A stretch of DNA of 64,000 bases, taken from a virus. Positions 1 to 8,639 of this stretch are shown here, in pieces. The stretch covers positions 1-64,000 of the IMG/VR virus record IMGVR_UViG_3300050120_000170; one strand, written 5' to 3'. Below the pieces are notes generated by a model. The model did not search any database. It saw only the letters and a list, made by a program, of their open reading frames with translations, and was not told the origin of the DNA. Positions within the stretch are counted from its first letter, which is position 1, and the number at the start of each line of letters is the position of its first letter. The translations under genes and the position numbers were made by a program.

Positions 1-31
1 AACCCTGGAGAGTGTTCTCCCGATCCAGACG

Positions 32-2320
32 GTGACTCAGACCTCTTACCTGTTTGTGTCGGCGGACCTCTACAAGGAGACCCGGCGGAGTAACAGTGGG
101 GCCGCGATGACGGACACGTTCCCGGGGACCTCGGTGACGGGTCTGGTGAACGGGACCCGGATCACGTATAACAACGTAGACGTGACGGCGACGGCGACGA
201 TCACGGCAGGAACAGGGACGACTATGTCCAACGGCCTCGGCTCCGAGACCGTGGGGCCGGGTCGATCCATCCAGTACGTTTACGATGCTTCAGCGACCGA
301 GTGGAGGCGGACCCTTAACACAGGGACGGCGCTGCTGGGACCTAATAACTTGAGCGACCTCGACAACATTGCGACGGCTCGGGGTACCTTGATTCCCTCT
401 GGAACGATTACGAACGCCCAGTTGGTTAACTCGGCCACGAGCGTCAACGGGCAAAGTTGCTCCTTAGGTGGGACTTGTACGATCACGGCCACAGCGGCCT
501 CTATCACGGTGGGAACAACCACTGTTTCCGGAAGTCCCGGACTTCTTTTTAGTACCACGAGCGGCGGAGTTTTGTCCTCTGTAACGACGGCCAACAACGG
601 GGTTCTAGTAACCTCTGGGGCCGGAGTATTCTCCATTTCGTCCGCACTCCCTAGCGGCTTGTCGGCGACAAACATGATACTGACGACACCAACGCTCGGT
701 GCGGCCATCGGCACGTCGCTGGCCCTGGGTGGTGCGACGCTCGGCAGCAACGCGCTGGCAGTGACAGGAACGACGCTCCTTGGGACCACGAACATCGTTG
801 CTCAGAACGCGAATGCTTTGAATGTGGGGGTTAGCTTCGCTACCCCCGCATTTCAAGTGGACTCATCTGCTACGGCACAAGTCACAGGACTCAAGGTGAC
901 GGGAGCGGCATCAGGTGGTGGTGTGTCACTTTCCGCTATCTCGTCTGCCTCAAACGAAAACTTGACAATCAACGCCAAAGGCACCGGGACTATCGCGATT
1001 GGAAATGTCTCCACCGGCGTAGTAACCATCACCCCGGCCCTGACACTCGGGACGGCTCTCACCGGAGCGAATGGGGGCACCGGGGCCAACAACGGATCGA
1101 ACACGATTACTCTAGCTGCGAACGTAACTCATGCGGGGGCGTTTGCTACCACGATCACGGCGACCGCGATCACGAACAGCACGTTCCCGGCGGGCACTCA
1201 CACCCTCGCCGGGCTCGATGTAGCTCAGACCTATTCCGGGCTTCAAAGTTACAATGATAGTGACTTCGCGCTGAATGGGACAACCTCGGGCAACCTCGTC
1301 CTCCGGGCGGCGGCGGTAGCAGGCTCCAGCATTGTCCGCTTCCCGGCGGGCTCTACGGACTTCTCGGCGACCGGCGGCACAGGACAGTACGTCAAGCAGA
1401 CCTCCTCGGGCGGGGCACTGACTGTAGCGGCTATCGCGGCAGCCGATCTTCCGTTGGCGACCAACGCCGCAATTGGCGGTATGCGGGGTGACGGCACCAC
1501 CATCACCTGCACCTCGGGTGTCTGTACCTCGTCTGGTTCGTCGGCAATCGCGGTCACACTACTCACCACCACAGTTACGGGCGGGACACTCAATAACGCT
1601 CTGATCGTCACCAGCACAGGATGCAGCGGCACGACCCCTTGCATGACTCAGACCCCTCTTGTTGGGTCCGTAGCTGTTACCTTTATAACGTCCACGGCCA
1701 CATATACTCCGTTGACTGGAGAGATGTATGCCGAATTTGAAGCTATTGGTGGCGGTGGTGGTTCGGGAGGCGCGGCTGATACCGCCACCAACCAATCCTA
1801 CAGCGGCAGCGGTGGCGGTAGCGGGGCCTACTGCGCTCTCGTTCTATCCGCGTCAAGCTCCAGTGGAATAACGATCACCATCGGGGGTGGTGGGGCAGCA
1901 GGAACAGCCAGTGCGTCAGGCGGCTCAGGAGGGAATACTACCGTGGGTGCCTGCACTGCGGGGGGTGGAGGTGGAGGCGTCTTCAGTTCAGTAACCTCTC
2001 TGCCGACTGGGGGTGCCTCCGGAACCGCCAGCGGTGGAACCGTTAATATCTCTGGGTCAACTGGTGGTGTCGGTGTCTACCAAAATGCCAGTATATCAGG
2101 AAACTTAAGCGTGGCTGGAGGATACGGAGGAGCGAGCCATTTCTCGGGCAGTGCTGCCTCCTCCCTGATAAACACTGCGGGAAGCGTCAATGGCAACCCT
2201 GGTCTGGCGTGCGGAGGCGGGGCGAGCGGTGGTGTTATCGATGATACGGTGAGTGGTACGGCCCTTGGGGCGACAGGCGCAGCAGGCTGCGTCAAGGTTA
2301 CTCACTACGTGAACCACTAA
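32..2320 (+). CDS. tail fiber protein with glycine-rich C-terminal domain; start uncertain (frame open to window edge)
   Basis: 762-aa ORF. Fiber-type motif NNLSDLDNIATARGTL, a long T/G/A/S-rich repeat body, and a C-terminal GGGGGSGG..SGSGGGSGAYC..GGGGAAGTASASGGSGGN block. No stop between nt 2 and the GTG at 32. Confidence 0.7.
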   Translation: MTQTSYLFVSADLYKETRRSNSGAAMTDTFPGTSVTGLVNGTRITYNNVDVTATATITAGTGTTMSNGLGSETVGPGRSIQYVYDASATEWRRTLNTGTALLGPNNLSDLDNIATARGTLIPSGTITNAQLVNSATSVNGQSCSLGGTCTITATAASITVGTTTVSGSPGLLFSTTSGGVLSSVTTANNGVLVTSGAGVFSISSALPSGLSATNMILTTPTLGAAIGTSLALGGATLGSNALAVTGTTLLGTTNIVAQNANALNVGVSFATPAFQVDSSATAQVTGLKVTGAASGGGVSLSAISSASNENLTINAKGTGTIAIGNVSTGVVTITPALTLGTALTGANGGTGANNGSNTITLAANVTHAGAFATTITATAITNSTFPAGTHTLAGLDVAQTYSGLQSYNDSDFALNGTTSGNLVLRAAAVAGSSIVRFPAGSTDFSATGGTGQYVKQTSSGGALTVAAIAAADLPLATNAAIGGMRGDGTTITCTSGVCTSSGSSAIAVTLLTTTVTGGTLNNALIVTSTGCSGTTPCMTQTPLVGSVAVTFITSTATYTPLTGEMYAEFEAIGGGGGSGGAADTATNQSYSGSGGGSGAYCALVLSASSSSGITITIGGGGAAGTASASGGSGGNTTVGACTAGGGGGGVFSSVTSLPTGGASGTASGGTVNISGSTGGVGVYQNASISGNLSVAGGYGGASHFSGSAASSLINTAGSVNGNPGLACGGGASGGVIDDTVSGTALGATGAAGCVKVTHYVNH

Positions 2321-2337
2321 GAAAGGGGAAGCCAACA

Positions 2338-2805
2338 ATGACCATCCATGTAGTTCGCGCGGGCATCGCCTCCACCGTATTTAATTGGCCGAACGGAGCC
2401 TATGAGACTACCCCGTATAAAACATCATACAACCTTGACGACGTTAGCGGGCTGGATACTGGAGCCGAGTTCAACAACGCGACTGGCGTCTGGACGCCTC
2501 AAGCCGGTCCGATCTCATGGTGCGCACAAATCTGGGCTTCTGCCTTCGGCGGTATCAACCAGAACTTCTGCCTGACGATGTTCAAGAACGGGGTGGATTT
2601 TCAGGCGGCTCTGCCGAGTGCCCCGGCCTCCGGCGACGTTTTCGCCGGGACGTGTAACACCCGCTGCATGGGCTTTGACGTGGCGAACGGGACAGACGTG
2701 TACCAGATGATGATGTACATGACAACCTACGACGGAACTAGCAGCGGAGCACTGGACGGAGACCCCCGCCATTGCTGGTTCAACGGCATCTCGTTCGGGG
2801 GCTGA
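2338..2805 (+). CDS. C1q/TNF-like jelly-roll protein, possible receptor-binding or fiber accessory
   Basis: 155-aa ORF just after the fiber gene with an AAGGGGA SD. FNNATGVWTPQAGPISW..NFCLTMFKNGVDF resembles C1q-type head domains. Motif-level call only. Confidence 0.45.
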   Translation: MTIHVVRAGIASTVFNWPNGAYETTPYKTSYNLDDVSGLDTGAEFNNATGVWTPQAGPISWCAQIWASAFGGINQNFCLTMFKNGVDFQAALPSAPASGDVFAGTCNTRCMGFDVANGTDVYQMMMYMTTYDGTSSGALDGDPRHCWFNGISFGG

Positions 2806-2860
2806 GGGGCCTAGCCTTCCCCCCGGTTATCGTCTATAACCCCATCCAGGAGAACCCCAT

Positions 2861-3511
2861 ATGACTACCCCGGCCTCAATCCGTTATAACAACCCCGGAG
2901 CCATGTGGGGTGGAACCGTCCTCGCCAAGAAGTGGGGTGCGACCGCGAACGTAGCCCTCCAGGACGGCCTGAACCAGAACAACCACATCGCAGTATTCCC
3001 GACGATGGTTCAGGGAGCGGCGGCCCAGTTTGACGAGTGGCATACGTCAGCGCATTACCACAACAAGCCGCTCGCCGAGGCGATACATACCTGGTCAGGC
3101 GGGAACTCGTCCGGGGCCTACGTCACCTTTCTAACGCAGAGAGTTCCCGGACTGACCCCTACTACCCTTATCAACGACGCCTTCCTCAGCAGTCCCTCCG
3201 GGATTGCGATGATGAAGGCCCAGGCCTGGAACGAGGCCGGGCGACCTTACCCGATGACGGACGCCGAGTGGGCACAGGCCCAGGCTCTCGTCTTCGGGGG
3301 TGTCGTTATCGGGGGGAGCGCCTCCTCCTCGGTCCGGATCGGGGACAGTGGCCCCGCCGTCTCGGAGATGCAAAATCTGCTCGGTTGCGCTATGACCGGG
3401 ACCTATCTGGCGGGCTCGGAGACGGAGTACAGCCTCCGGCTGTTCCAGGTTCGGAACGGCCTGACCCCGGACGGTGAGTGTGGCGATCTAACCTGGAGCA
3501 AGCTTAAGTGA
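2861..3511 (+). CDS. peptidoglycan-binding-domain protein with N-terminal NNPG-type domain (candidate muralytic enzyme)
   Basis: AGGAGA SD. C-terminal IGDSGPAVSEMQNLLG..LRLFQVRNGLTPDGECGDLTW matches a PG_binding_1-type repeat. The N-terminal IRYNNPGAMWGG domain is paralogous to the tape-measure C-terminus (61.6 kb). Confidence 0.65.
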   Translation: MTTPASIRYNNPGAMWGGTVLAKKWGATANVALQDGLNQNNHIAVFPTMVQGAAAQFDEWHTSAHYHNKPLAEAIHTWSGGNSSGAYVTFLTQRVPGLTPTTLINDAFLSSPSGIAMMKAQAWNEAGRPYPMTDAEWAQAQALVFGGVVIGGSASSSVRIGDSGPAVSEMQNLLGCAMTGTYLAGSETEYSLRLFQVRNGLTPDGECGDLTWSKLK

Positions 3512-4212
3512 TTACTTTCGTCGTCCCGGCCTTCAACGAGGAGGCCTATATTGGTCGTTGTCTCCGCTCAATAGCAGCGGACAACGCGGACCGTCCCCAC
3601 GAGGTAATTGTGGTGGACAACGGGAGCACGGACCTGACCGTGGAGATTGCTCACCGTCTCGGGGCAACCGTGATCAGCGAGGACCGGAAGGGAGTCACCC
3701 GGGCTCGTCAGACGGGATTTGAGGCGGCCAAGAACGATACGGTGGCCTTCATTGACGCGGACAACGAGGTCCCGGACGGCTGGACCCTAACCGCCTTGGA
3801 GATGCTTGATGACCCGAGGACGGTGGTGGTCAGCGGTCCGCCGGTCTATTTCGAGATGTCGCGATGGAAGCGTGGGGTGGTATTTGCCTTCTACCTCGTA
3901 ACCCGGGCCATGTCACATCTCGTCCCCGTCGTCCAGGGCGGATGCTTTGCGCTCAAGGGCTCGGCTCTCCGACAAATCGGAGGGTTTGATAAAGAAATTG
4001 AGTTCTATGGGGAGGACACGGACACCGCTGTCCGGCTCTCTCACGTAGGCAAGGTGGTATTCTCATTGGACCTCTGTATGTGGTCCTCGGCGCGACGGCT
4101 CACGGAGGAGGGACTGTTCCTCGCCGGAGGCCGTTACGTTCTTAACTTCATCTGGGTTCAGGTTCTAGGGAGGCCCTACAGTGACCAATACCGGGATATC
4201 CGGCCCCAATAA
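3508..4212 (+). CDS. family 2 glycosyltransferase
   Basis: FVVPAFNEEAYIGRCLRSI..VIVVDNGSTDLT..FIDADN, a typical GT-A/GT2 N-terminus with DxD. GTGA start-stop overlap with the upstream gene. Confidence 0.8.
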   Translation: MITFVVPAFNEEAYIGRCLRSIAADNADRPHEVIVVDNGSTDLTVEIAHRLGATVISEDRKGVTRARQTGFEAAKNDTVAFIDADNEVPDGWTLTALEMLDDPRTVVVSGPPVYFEMSRWKRGVVFAFYLVTRAMSHLVPVVQGGCFALKGSALRQIGGFDKEIEFYGEDTDTAVRLSHVGKVVFSLDLCMWSSARRLTEEGLFLAGGRYVLNFIWVQVLGRPYSDQYRDIRPQ

Positions 4213-4855
4213 GTATCGGGCGTTGTTTCTCTCGGATATCCATCTGGGGTCCAACAACTGTAAGGCGGCTCAGCTCCTCGCTTTCCTCGGGGTAGTCAGT
4301 GCTGATGTGGTCTATCTGGTGGGTGATATCCTCGATGGAGACAGGTTCCTGAATTGGCTCCCTATCCACTACGAGGTCCTGCGGGCTCTGCTGCGTCTCT
4401 CGGGCCGCCTCGTCATCGTCCCCGGAAACCATGACAGATGGATGAGAAGCTTTTTAGGGGCCTATGGCAGCGTGGAAATTCACCGCCAGGCTCTCCACCT
4501 TTGCGCCGGGGGCCGGGTCCTCCTCGTCTCTCACGGAGACGAGACGGACGTGATCACCTCCCAAACCGTGATCCGGTTTATCTCCTCCATCGAGCGGGTC
4601 ACCCGAATAAATCTCTGGGAGGTCTTGCGGCGTTGGGCGGGTGTGTGGATCAGGCACCACACTCACCAATATGAGAACCTGATGATAGCTATGGTCCCCA
4701 ACGAGTACGACGGGGTGGTGTGCGGACATATCCATTTTCCCAATCTTCGGGAAGGGTACATCAACTCTGGGGACTGGACCCATCACTGCTCGGCGGCTGT
4801 AGAGCACCACGATGGGACGTTTGAAATCCTTTACGGCCTCAAGGGAGATTTTTGA
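4181..4855 (+). CDS. LpxH-like calcineurin-type metallophosphoesterase
   Basis: Motifs LFLSDIHLG, LVGDILDG, VPGNHD and GHIH in the order seen in UDP-2,3-diacylglucosamine hydrolase-like phosphoesterases. GGGAGG SD before the GTG. Confidence 0.7.
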   Translation: MTNTGISGPNKYRALFLSDIHLGSNNCKAAQLLAFLGVVSADVVYLVGDILDGDRFLNWLPIHYEVLRALLRLSGRLVIVPGNHDRWMRSFLGAYGSVEIHRQALHLCAGGRVLLVSHGDETDVITSQTVIRFISSIERVTRINLWEVLRRWAGVWIRHHTHQYENLMIAMVPNEYDGVVCGHIHFPNLREGYINSGDWTHHCSAAVEHHDGTFEILYGLKGDF

Positions 4856-4856
4856 T

Positions 4857-5390
4857 ATGAGACTGATACTTTGGACCACCTACTATGCGGCGGCCTTCTC
4901 GGCTCACGCCTTTGCGGCTCCGGTGGACTTCTCGCCGATTGTCACCCCGGTCGTGCAGGCCCTCGGGATCGTCGCCTCGGTGACGGCGCTGCCGGCGATG
5001 TGGTACGCGGTTAACTGGATCAGGGCCAAGGTGGGCCTCGCCGCTATTGACAAGGATAACGCCGTGCGGGTGGCCGTCGATGCCGGCCTTCAGAAGTCCG
5101 TGGGCTCGGGTATCTCCCGGGTTCAGGATGCCGTAGCGGGTCTCCCTATGAAGGTAGACACGAAGAACGCCGTGATCAATCAGGCGGCGGCCTACGCTCA
5201 GGACACGATGCTGGAGACCCTCAAGGCGGCAGGTTTGGACGATCCGACGAAGCTGGCCAACGCCATCGAGGCCCGGCTGGGCATCATGGAGATGCAGGCC
5301 TCCACCGGCTCCTCGTCTCCCGGGATCGCGTCCGCTGCTAGCTCGGGGGTCCGCCCCGAGGTTGTCGCCCTCGCACAGTCCGCCAAGTAA
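4857..5390 (+). CDS. secreted or membrane protein, unknown function
   Basis: Start moved to the ATG at 4857 (GGGAGA SD). N-terminus MRLILWTTYYAAAFSAHAFA looks like a signal peptide, followed by a second hydrophobic segment. Confidence 0.55.
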   Translation: MRLILWTTYYAAAFSAHAFAAPVDFSPIVTPVVQALGIVASVTALPAMWYAVNWIRAKVGLAAIDKDNAVRVAVDAGLQKSVGSGISRVQDAVAGLPMKVDTKNAVINQAAAYAQDTMLETLKAAGLDDPTKLANAIEARLGIMEMQASTGSSSPGIASAASSGVRPEVVALAQSAK

Positions 5391-5399
5391 GAGGTCCCC

Positions 5400-6209
5400 A
5401 TGTCGATTATTACTCCCCAGGGCCGATACCTCGGCGGCAAGGTAGACAAGCCCGATCCGGCCGATCATCGGTTTGAACGGGTACACATGGGGGCTCCTCC
5501 CCAACTTCCCATCAGCGTGGACCTTTCCGCAAAGCTTCCTCCGGCCTTTGATCAGGGCCAGGAGGGCTCTTGCGGCGCCAATGCCGGCTCGGGTCTAATG
5601 TGCTACCTGTTCCCGGACAAGGCGGCGGTGGGCTTCTCCCGCCAGCAGATTTACTATGACGTCCGGGCACTAGAGGGTGATCCCGGGGTGGACGGAGGCG
5701 TGGAGACCCGGGACGTGCTGAAGATACTCCAGCAGACCGGGGCCATCACCGAGGACCTCTGGCGCTATATCCCGGCGAACATGTACACCGCTCCGCCGCA
5801 GGAACAGGCAGCAGACTACTCCAAGCTGGGTAGTTACAGCCGCCTGGTCTCGGAGTACGAATACGCGGCTTGCCTTGCCCAGGGCTTTCCGTTCATGCTC
5901 GGGTTCCAGTGCTACGAATCAATTGACTCACCGGACCTCGCCCGGACCGGCGTGATGCCGTTCCCGAACGCGAAGACGGAGCAGCTGGTGGGTGGCCATG
6001 ACGTCCTCATCGTCGGCTACACGACCAGCTTCAAGTCCTCGGAAGTCTTCAAGGCGTCCGGGGTAGACCCGGCCCTGGTCGATGACGAGGCCCTCCTGAT
6101 CCGTAATAACTGGGGCACGGACTGGGGTCTGAAGGGCTACTTCTGGATGCCCATCAGCTACGCTACCAACCCATCAACCGGCGGAGACGCCTGGACAGGA
6201 AGGTTATAA
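5400..6209 (+). CDS. papain-like (C1 family) cysteine peptidase
   Basis: QGQEGSCGANAG (catalytic Cys context), GGHDVLIVGY (His) and NNWGTDWGLKGYFWM (Asn-Trp), in canonical C1 order. Confidence 0.8.
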   Translation: MSIITPQGRYLGGKVDKPDPADHRFERVHMGAPPQLPISVDLSAKLPPAFDQGQEGSCGANAGSGLMCYLFPDKAAVGFSRQQIYYDVRALEGDPGVDGGVETRDVLKILQQTGAITEDLWRYIPANMYTAPPQEQAADYSKLGSYSRLVSEYEYAACLAQGFPFMLGFQCYESIDSPDLARTGVMPFPNAKTEQLVGGHDVLIVGYTTSFKSSEVFKASGVDPALVDDEALLIRNNWGTDWGLKGYFWMPISYATNPSTGGDAWTGRL

Positions 6210-6397
6210 TGACGACACCGAATCAAGCGGCAATTGCCGCCGGAGTGCGGGCCGGGCGGGCCGCCCTTCAGGCCTACTCCGCCTTTGCGAGCATGGGGGT
6301 CCCGGACGAGGCCCTGACGGTCTTCGTTACCGACATCCTGGCCGCCGCGATCCCGGTCCAATTCCCGGCTCCGCCGAACCCGGCGCAGCCCAAGTAA
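6209..6397 (+). CDS. hypothetical protein
   Basis: 62-aa ORF, TAATG overlap with the upstream gene, high third-position GC. Confidence 0.45.
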   Translation: MTTPNQAAIAAGVRAGRAALQAYSAFASMGVPDEALTVFVTDILAAAIPVQFPAPPNPAQPK

Positions 6398-6440
6398 ATC
6401 CGCGCTGGCCGGTAGCCAGTAACAAAAGAGGAGGACAGAA

Positions 6441-6836
6441 ATGTCTTTGAAGAAGATCGTTATGGGGGTGGCCGCACTCGGCATGGCCCTCGCTCTCGCC
6501 AACTGCGGTCAAACTCCGCAGCAGATCGCCACCACCATCTCGGGTATCGAGAGCCAGGTCCAGGCGGATACCAACCTGGCTTGCGGCTTCATTCCCACCG
6601 TCGCGACGATTGCCGGCCTGATCCCGGCAGTCGGTTCCTTCGTGGCGGACGCGGCCACGATTGCCGAGAGCGTCTGCGCTGCGGTGGCGGCTGCCCCCCC
6701 GGTCGTGGTGGCCTCTGTGAGACGTAATACGGTGGGCAACCCAAATGCCACTCCGGCGAAGGTGGCCACGGTTGTGGTTCCTCAGCCGGGGGGCGGGACG
6801 ACCTCGGTGCCGATTGCCGGAACCTTCACCCGTTGA
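6441..6836 (+). CDS. lipoprotein (possible outer-membrane spanin-like component)
   Basis: Strong AGGAGGA SD. MSLKKIVMGVAALGMALALANCGQ gives a signal peptide with lipobox LANC. Confidence 0.7.
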   Translation: MSLKKIVMGVAALGMALALANCGQTPQQIATTISGIESQVQADTNLACGFIPTVATIAGLIPAVGSFVADAATIAESVCAAVAAAPPVVVASVRRNTVGNPNATPAKVATVVVPQPGGGTTSVPIAGTFTR

Positions 6837-7258
6837 AGTTCCTTTCGGCCTTCATAGGGAACAGGCTGAACGAGTGGGTGATGGTCGCCTGCTTGTTCGG
6901 CTTGTCCCTGGAGCTACTGGTCTGGCCTCTAGCGATGGAGGCCAGTTCCTTTCAATACGTGATATTCGCCCGGGAGGCGTTCCCGGTCGCTCTGTTTTAT
7001 CTCCTGGTATCTTGTGGCCGGATAACGGCCCTAGTAATCAACGGGAGGTCTCTGGTTTACGGTCCTCAGGCCCGGGCGCTGGGTGCGCTTGCTGGGGCAC
7101 TAATATGGGGTCTGATGGACCTCGCTTTGTTCAAGCTTCATTTCGAGCGCGCAAATGCGATCCCGTCCCCTGGTATCCCGATCTATCTAGCTCTTACTCT
7201 GGGTGAGCTCTTCACGGCATACCGGGCAATGACCGATGTTTCCAGACGCAGTTCTTAA
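6833..7258 (+). CDS. multi-pass membrane protein (holin candidate)
   Basis: 141 aa with about four hydrophobic helices. TTGA overlap with the lipoprotein gene. Sits in the lysis cassette. Confidence 0.5.
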   Translation: MKFLSAFIGNRLNEWVMVACLFGLSLELLVWPLAMEASSFQYVIFAREAFPVALFYLLVSCGRITALVINGRSLVYGPQARALGALAGALIWGLMDLALFKLHFERANAIPSPGIPIYLALTLGELFTAYRAMTDVSRRSS

Positions 7259-7574
7259 GGCCTTCTCCAGCTACCCGATAATTGAAGGGGCGGTGGCCCT
7301 GCTCATCTTGTACGGAGGCTATAAGGCGATCAACGCAGGGAGGAAGGACGGCCCCCAGCCGCCCTACCCCAGCACCTTCTCCCACGAATATCCCGCCTGG
7401 CTAATGTCGGGTCCCGTCCACGATACCATGGTCCACATTGCCTCGATAAAGCACGAGATGGTACGGTGCCGGGAGCTATTGACCGAAATTGAAAGACACG
7501 GTACAAGGCAAATTCAAATTCTGGAGATGATCCAGAACGAGAATATTATCAACCCAAGGAGACTTCGGGAATGA
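7236..7574 (+). CDS. single-TM protein with coiled-coil tail (i-spanin-like)
   Basis: N-terminal TM (IIEGAVALLILYGGY) then a charged helical C-terminus. Lies directly upstream of the secreted peptidase. Confidence 0.45.
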   Translation: MFPDAVLKAFSSYPIIEGAVALLILYGGYKAINAGRKDGPQPPYPSTFSHEYPAWLMSGPVHDTMVHIASIKHEMVRCRELLTEIERHGTRQIQILEMIQNENIINPRRLRE

Positions 7575-8041
7575 GACTAATTGTAAGTATCGCCCTCACC
7601 CTTCTCGTCTTGAGTTCGGCCCAAGCAACCACCATCTGGTCCTCTAACGGTAAGACAGCGGAGGTCGCGGGAAGCCACGCCTCAAATTTTCAGTGTCTGG
7701 TATCCGGGCTGGAGGCCACCGGGTACCGGATCGACTTCATGGGCGGGTACCGTCGCCACGGCTCCGTTCGGCATTCCAAGCACCCACTGGGACTGGCTCT
7801 GGACGTCAACCAGACTGGCCGTGGACGGGTCACCAGGCCCCTGCCTTCCAGTGCTACCTCGATTGCGGCGAGCTGTGGTTTATTTCACGGAGCATTGTGG
7901 CACAACCAGGATCAGGGACATTTCGAGGTAGGTGGCCGGGTCTACGCAGAGAGGTCGTCTCGGCATCGTTCGCACCGGAGCCGCTCCCGGATAGCGCAGG
8001 CCCCTTCTGCTGGATTGCACTGGCCGTGGGAGGCTCACTAA
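7571..8041 (+). CDS. secreted M15-type zinc peptidase (endolysin candidate)
   Basis: Signal peptide MRLIVSIALTLLVLSSAQA. GGYRRHGSVRHSKHPLGLALDV and DQGHFEV match the H-x-D / H zinc triad of LAS/M15 peptidases. Confidence 0.7.
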   Translation: MRLIVSIALTLLVLSSAQATTIWSSNGKTAEVAGSHASNFQCLVSGLEATGYRIDFMGGYRRHGSVRHSKHPLGLALDVNQTGRGRVTRPLPSSATSIAASCGLFHGALWHNQDQGHFEVGGRVYAERSSRHRSHRSRSRIAQAPSAGLHWPWEAH

Positions 8042-8098
8042 TCGGGCTCTGGGGGCTGTTCAACAGCGACATCCTCTAAAATAATTTATCAAGCCCAC

Positions 8099-8127
8099 TT
8101 GACTTCTCAGTCGGGTGGGCTTACTCT
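8099..8127 (+). promoter_or_regulatory. sigma70-like promoter (TTGACT-N17-TACTCT) with AT-rich upstream element
   Basis: CCCACTTGACTTCT box, identical to the one at 34416-34429, preceded by AAAATAATTT. Followed by a CCTCAGGAGGG leader and the ATG at 8164. Confidence 0.45.
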
Positions 8128-8163
8128 TTTGACCGTTGAACCAACGCGCCTCAGGAGGGCCAC

Positions 8164-8421
8164 ATGTCCAAATTCGTTATCCGCTCGATGTCCACCACCA
8201 ATCTTCCCGAGTGCCGTCCCTATCACATTTATCTCAAGCCGGTCGCAAAGCGGGCGGGCGCGTACTGGGCTTCCATTTACGACGCGGAACGCTTTGATAG
8301 TTTCGAGGCGGCGGTAGAGGCGGCCCGGTCCAAGATCGACGGTTTTGACATCGTCCCCGAGGATCACAAGGACCTCCCGACTTACTGGGAAGCTCGCCGG
8401 GAAAAAGCCCGGGCCTCGTAA
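8164..8421 (+). CDS. hypothetical protein
   Basis: 85-aa ORF behind a CCTCAGGAGGG ribosome-binding motif. Confidence 0.55.
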   Translation: MSKFVIRSMSTTNLPECRPYHIYLKPVAKRAGAYWASIYDAERFDSFEAAVEAARSKIDGFDIVPEDHKDLPTYWEARREKARAS

Positions 8422-8432
8422 GACCCTCCGGC

Positions 8433-8639
8433 CTAAATCAAACGCCGCTCCGATGAAGGAGCGGCGTTTCGCATTTTAAGATCGTAGAGCCGGGTGAGCA
8501 CGTCATCCGTAGACTGGAGCCTCCGCTCAAACTTCGGGCGACAATCGAGACAGACGAAGATGCCGTGGACCCCGTGCTCGTTCACCCGGAGGAGGGCGTC
8601 CCCGTCCTTGTCGCAGAGCCGACAAATTAGATGAGCCAT
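8433..8639 (-). CDS. small zinc-ribbon protein
   Basis: Start moved to MAHLICRLCDKDG..VCLDCRP (two CxxC pairs). Overlaps the helicase stop by 13 nt. Confidence 0.5.
   Translation of the reverse strand: MAHLICRLCDKDGDALLRVNEHGVHGIFVCLDCRPKFERRLQSTDDVLTRLYDLKMRNAAPSSERRLI
8440..8469. terminator. bidirectional hairpin terminator between convergent genes
   Basis: AAACGCCGCTCC-GATGAA-GGAGCGGCGTTT, a perfect 12-bp stem flanked by T-rich tracts on both strands. Confidence 0.7.

Noticed and set aside
1-12. 12-nt match AACCCTGGAGAG between the window start and 33761-33772, considered as possible terminal or direct repeats.
   Set aside because: Exact 12-mer pairs are expected by chance many times in 64 kb, and the flanks do not align.
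280-795. Long antisense or overlapping ORFs throughout the window. Examples: 280..795 (-), 11805..12605 (-), 24726..25514 (-), 37086..37958 (-), 48138..48863 (-), 51661..52608 (-), 25151..25888 (+), 34630..35106 (+).
   Set aside because: These are typical shadow ORFs of GC-rich DNA. Their products are Arg/Pro/Gly/Ser-rich with no motifs, they overlap genes with clear family signatures, and they lack SD sequences.
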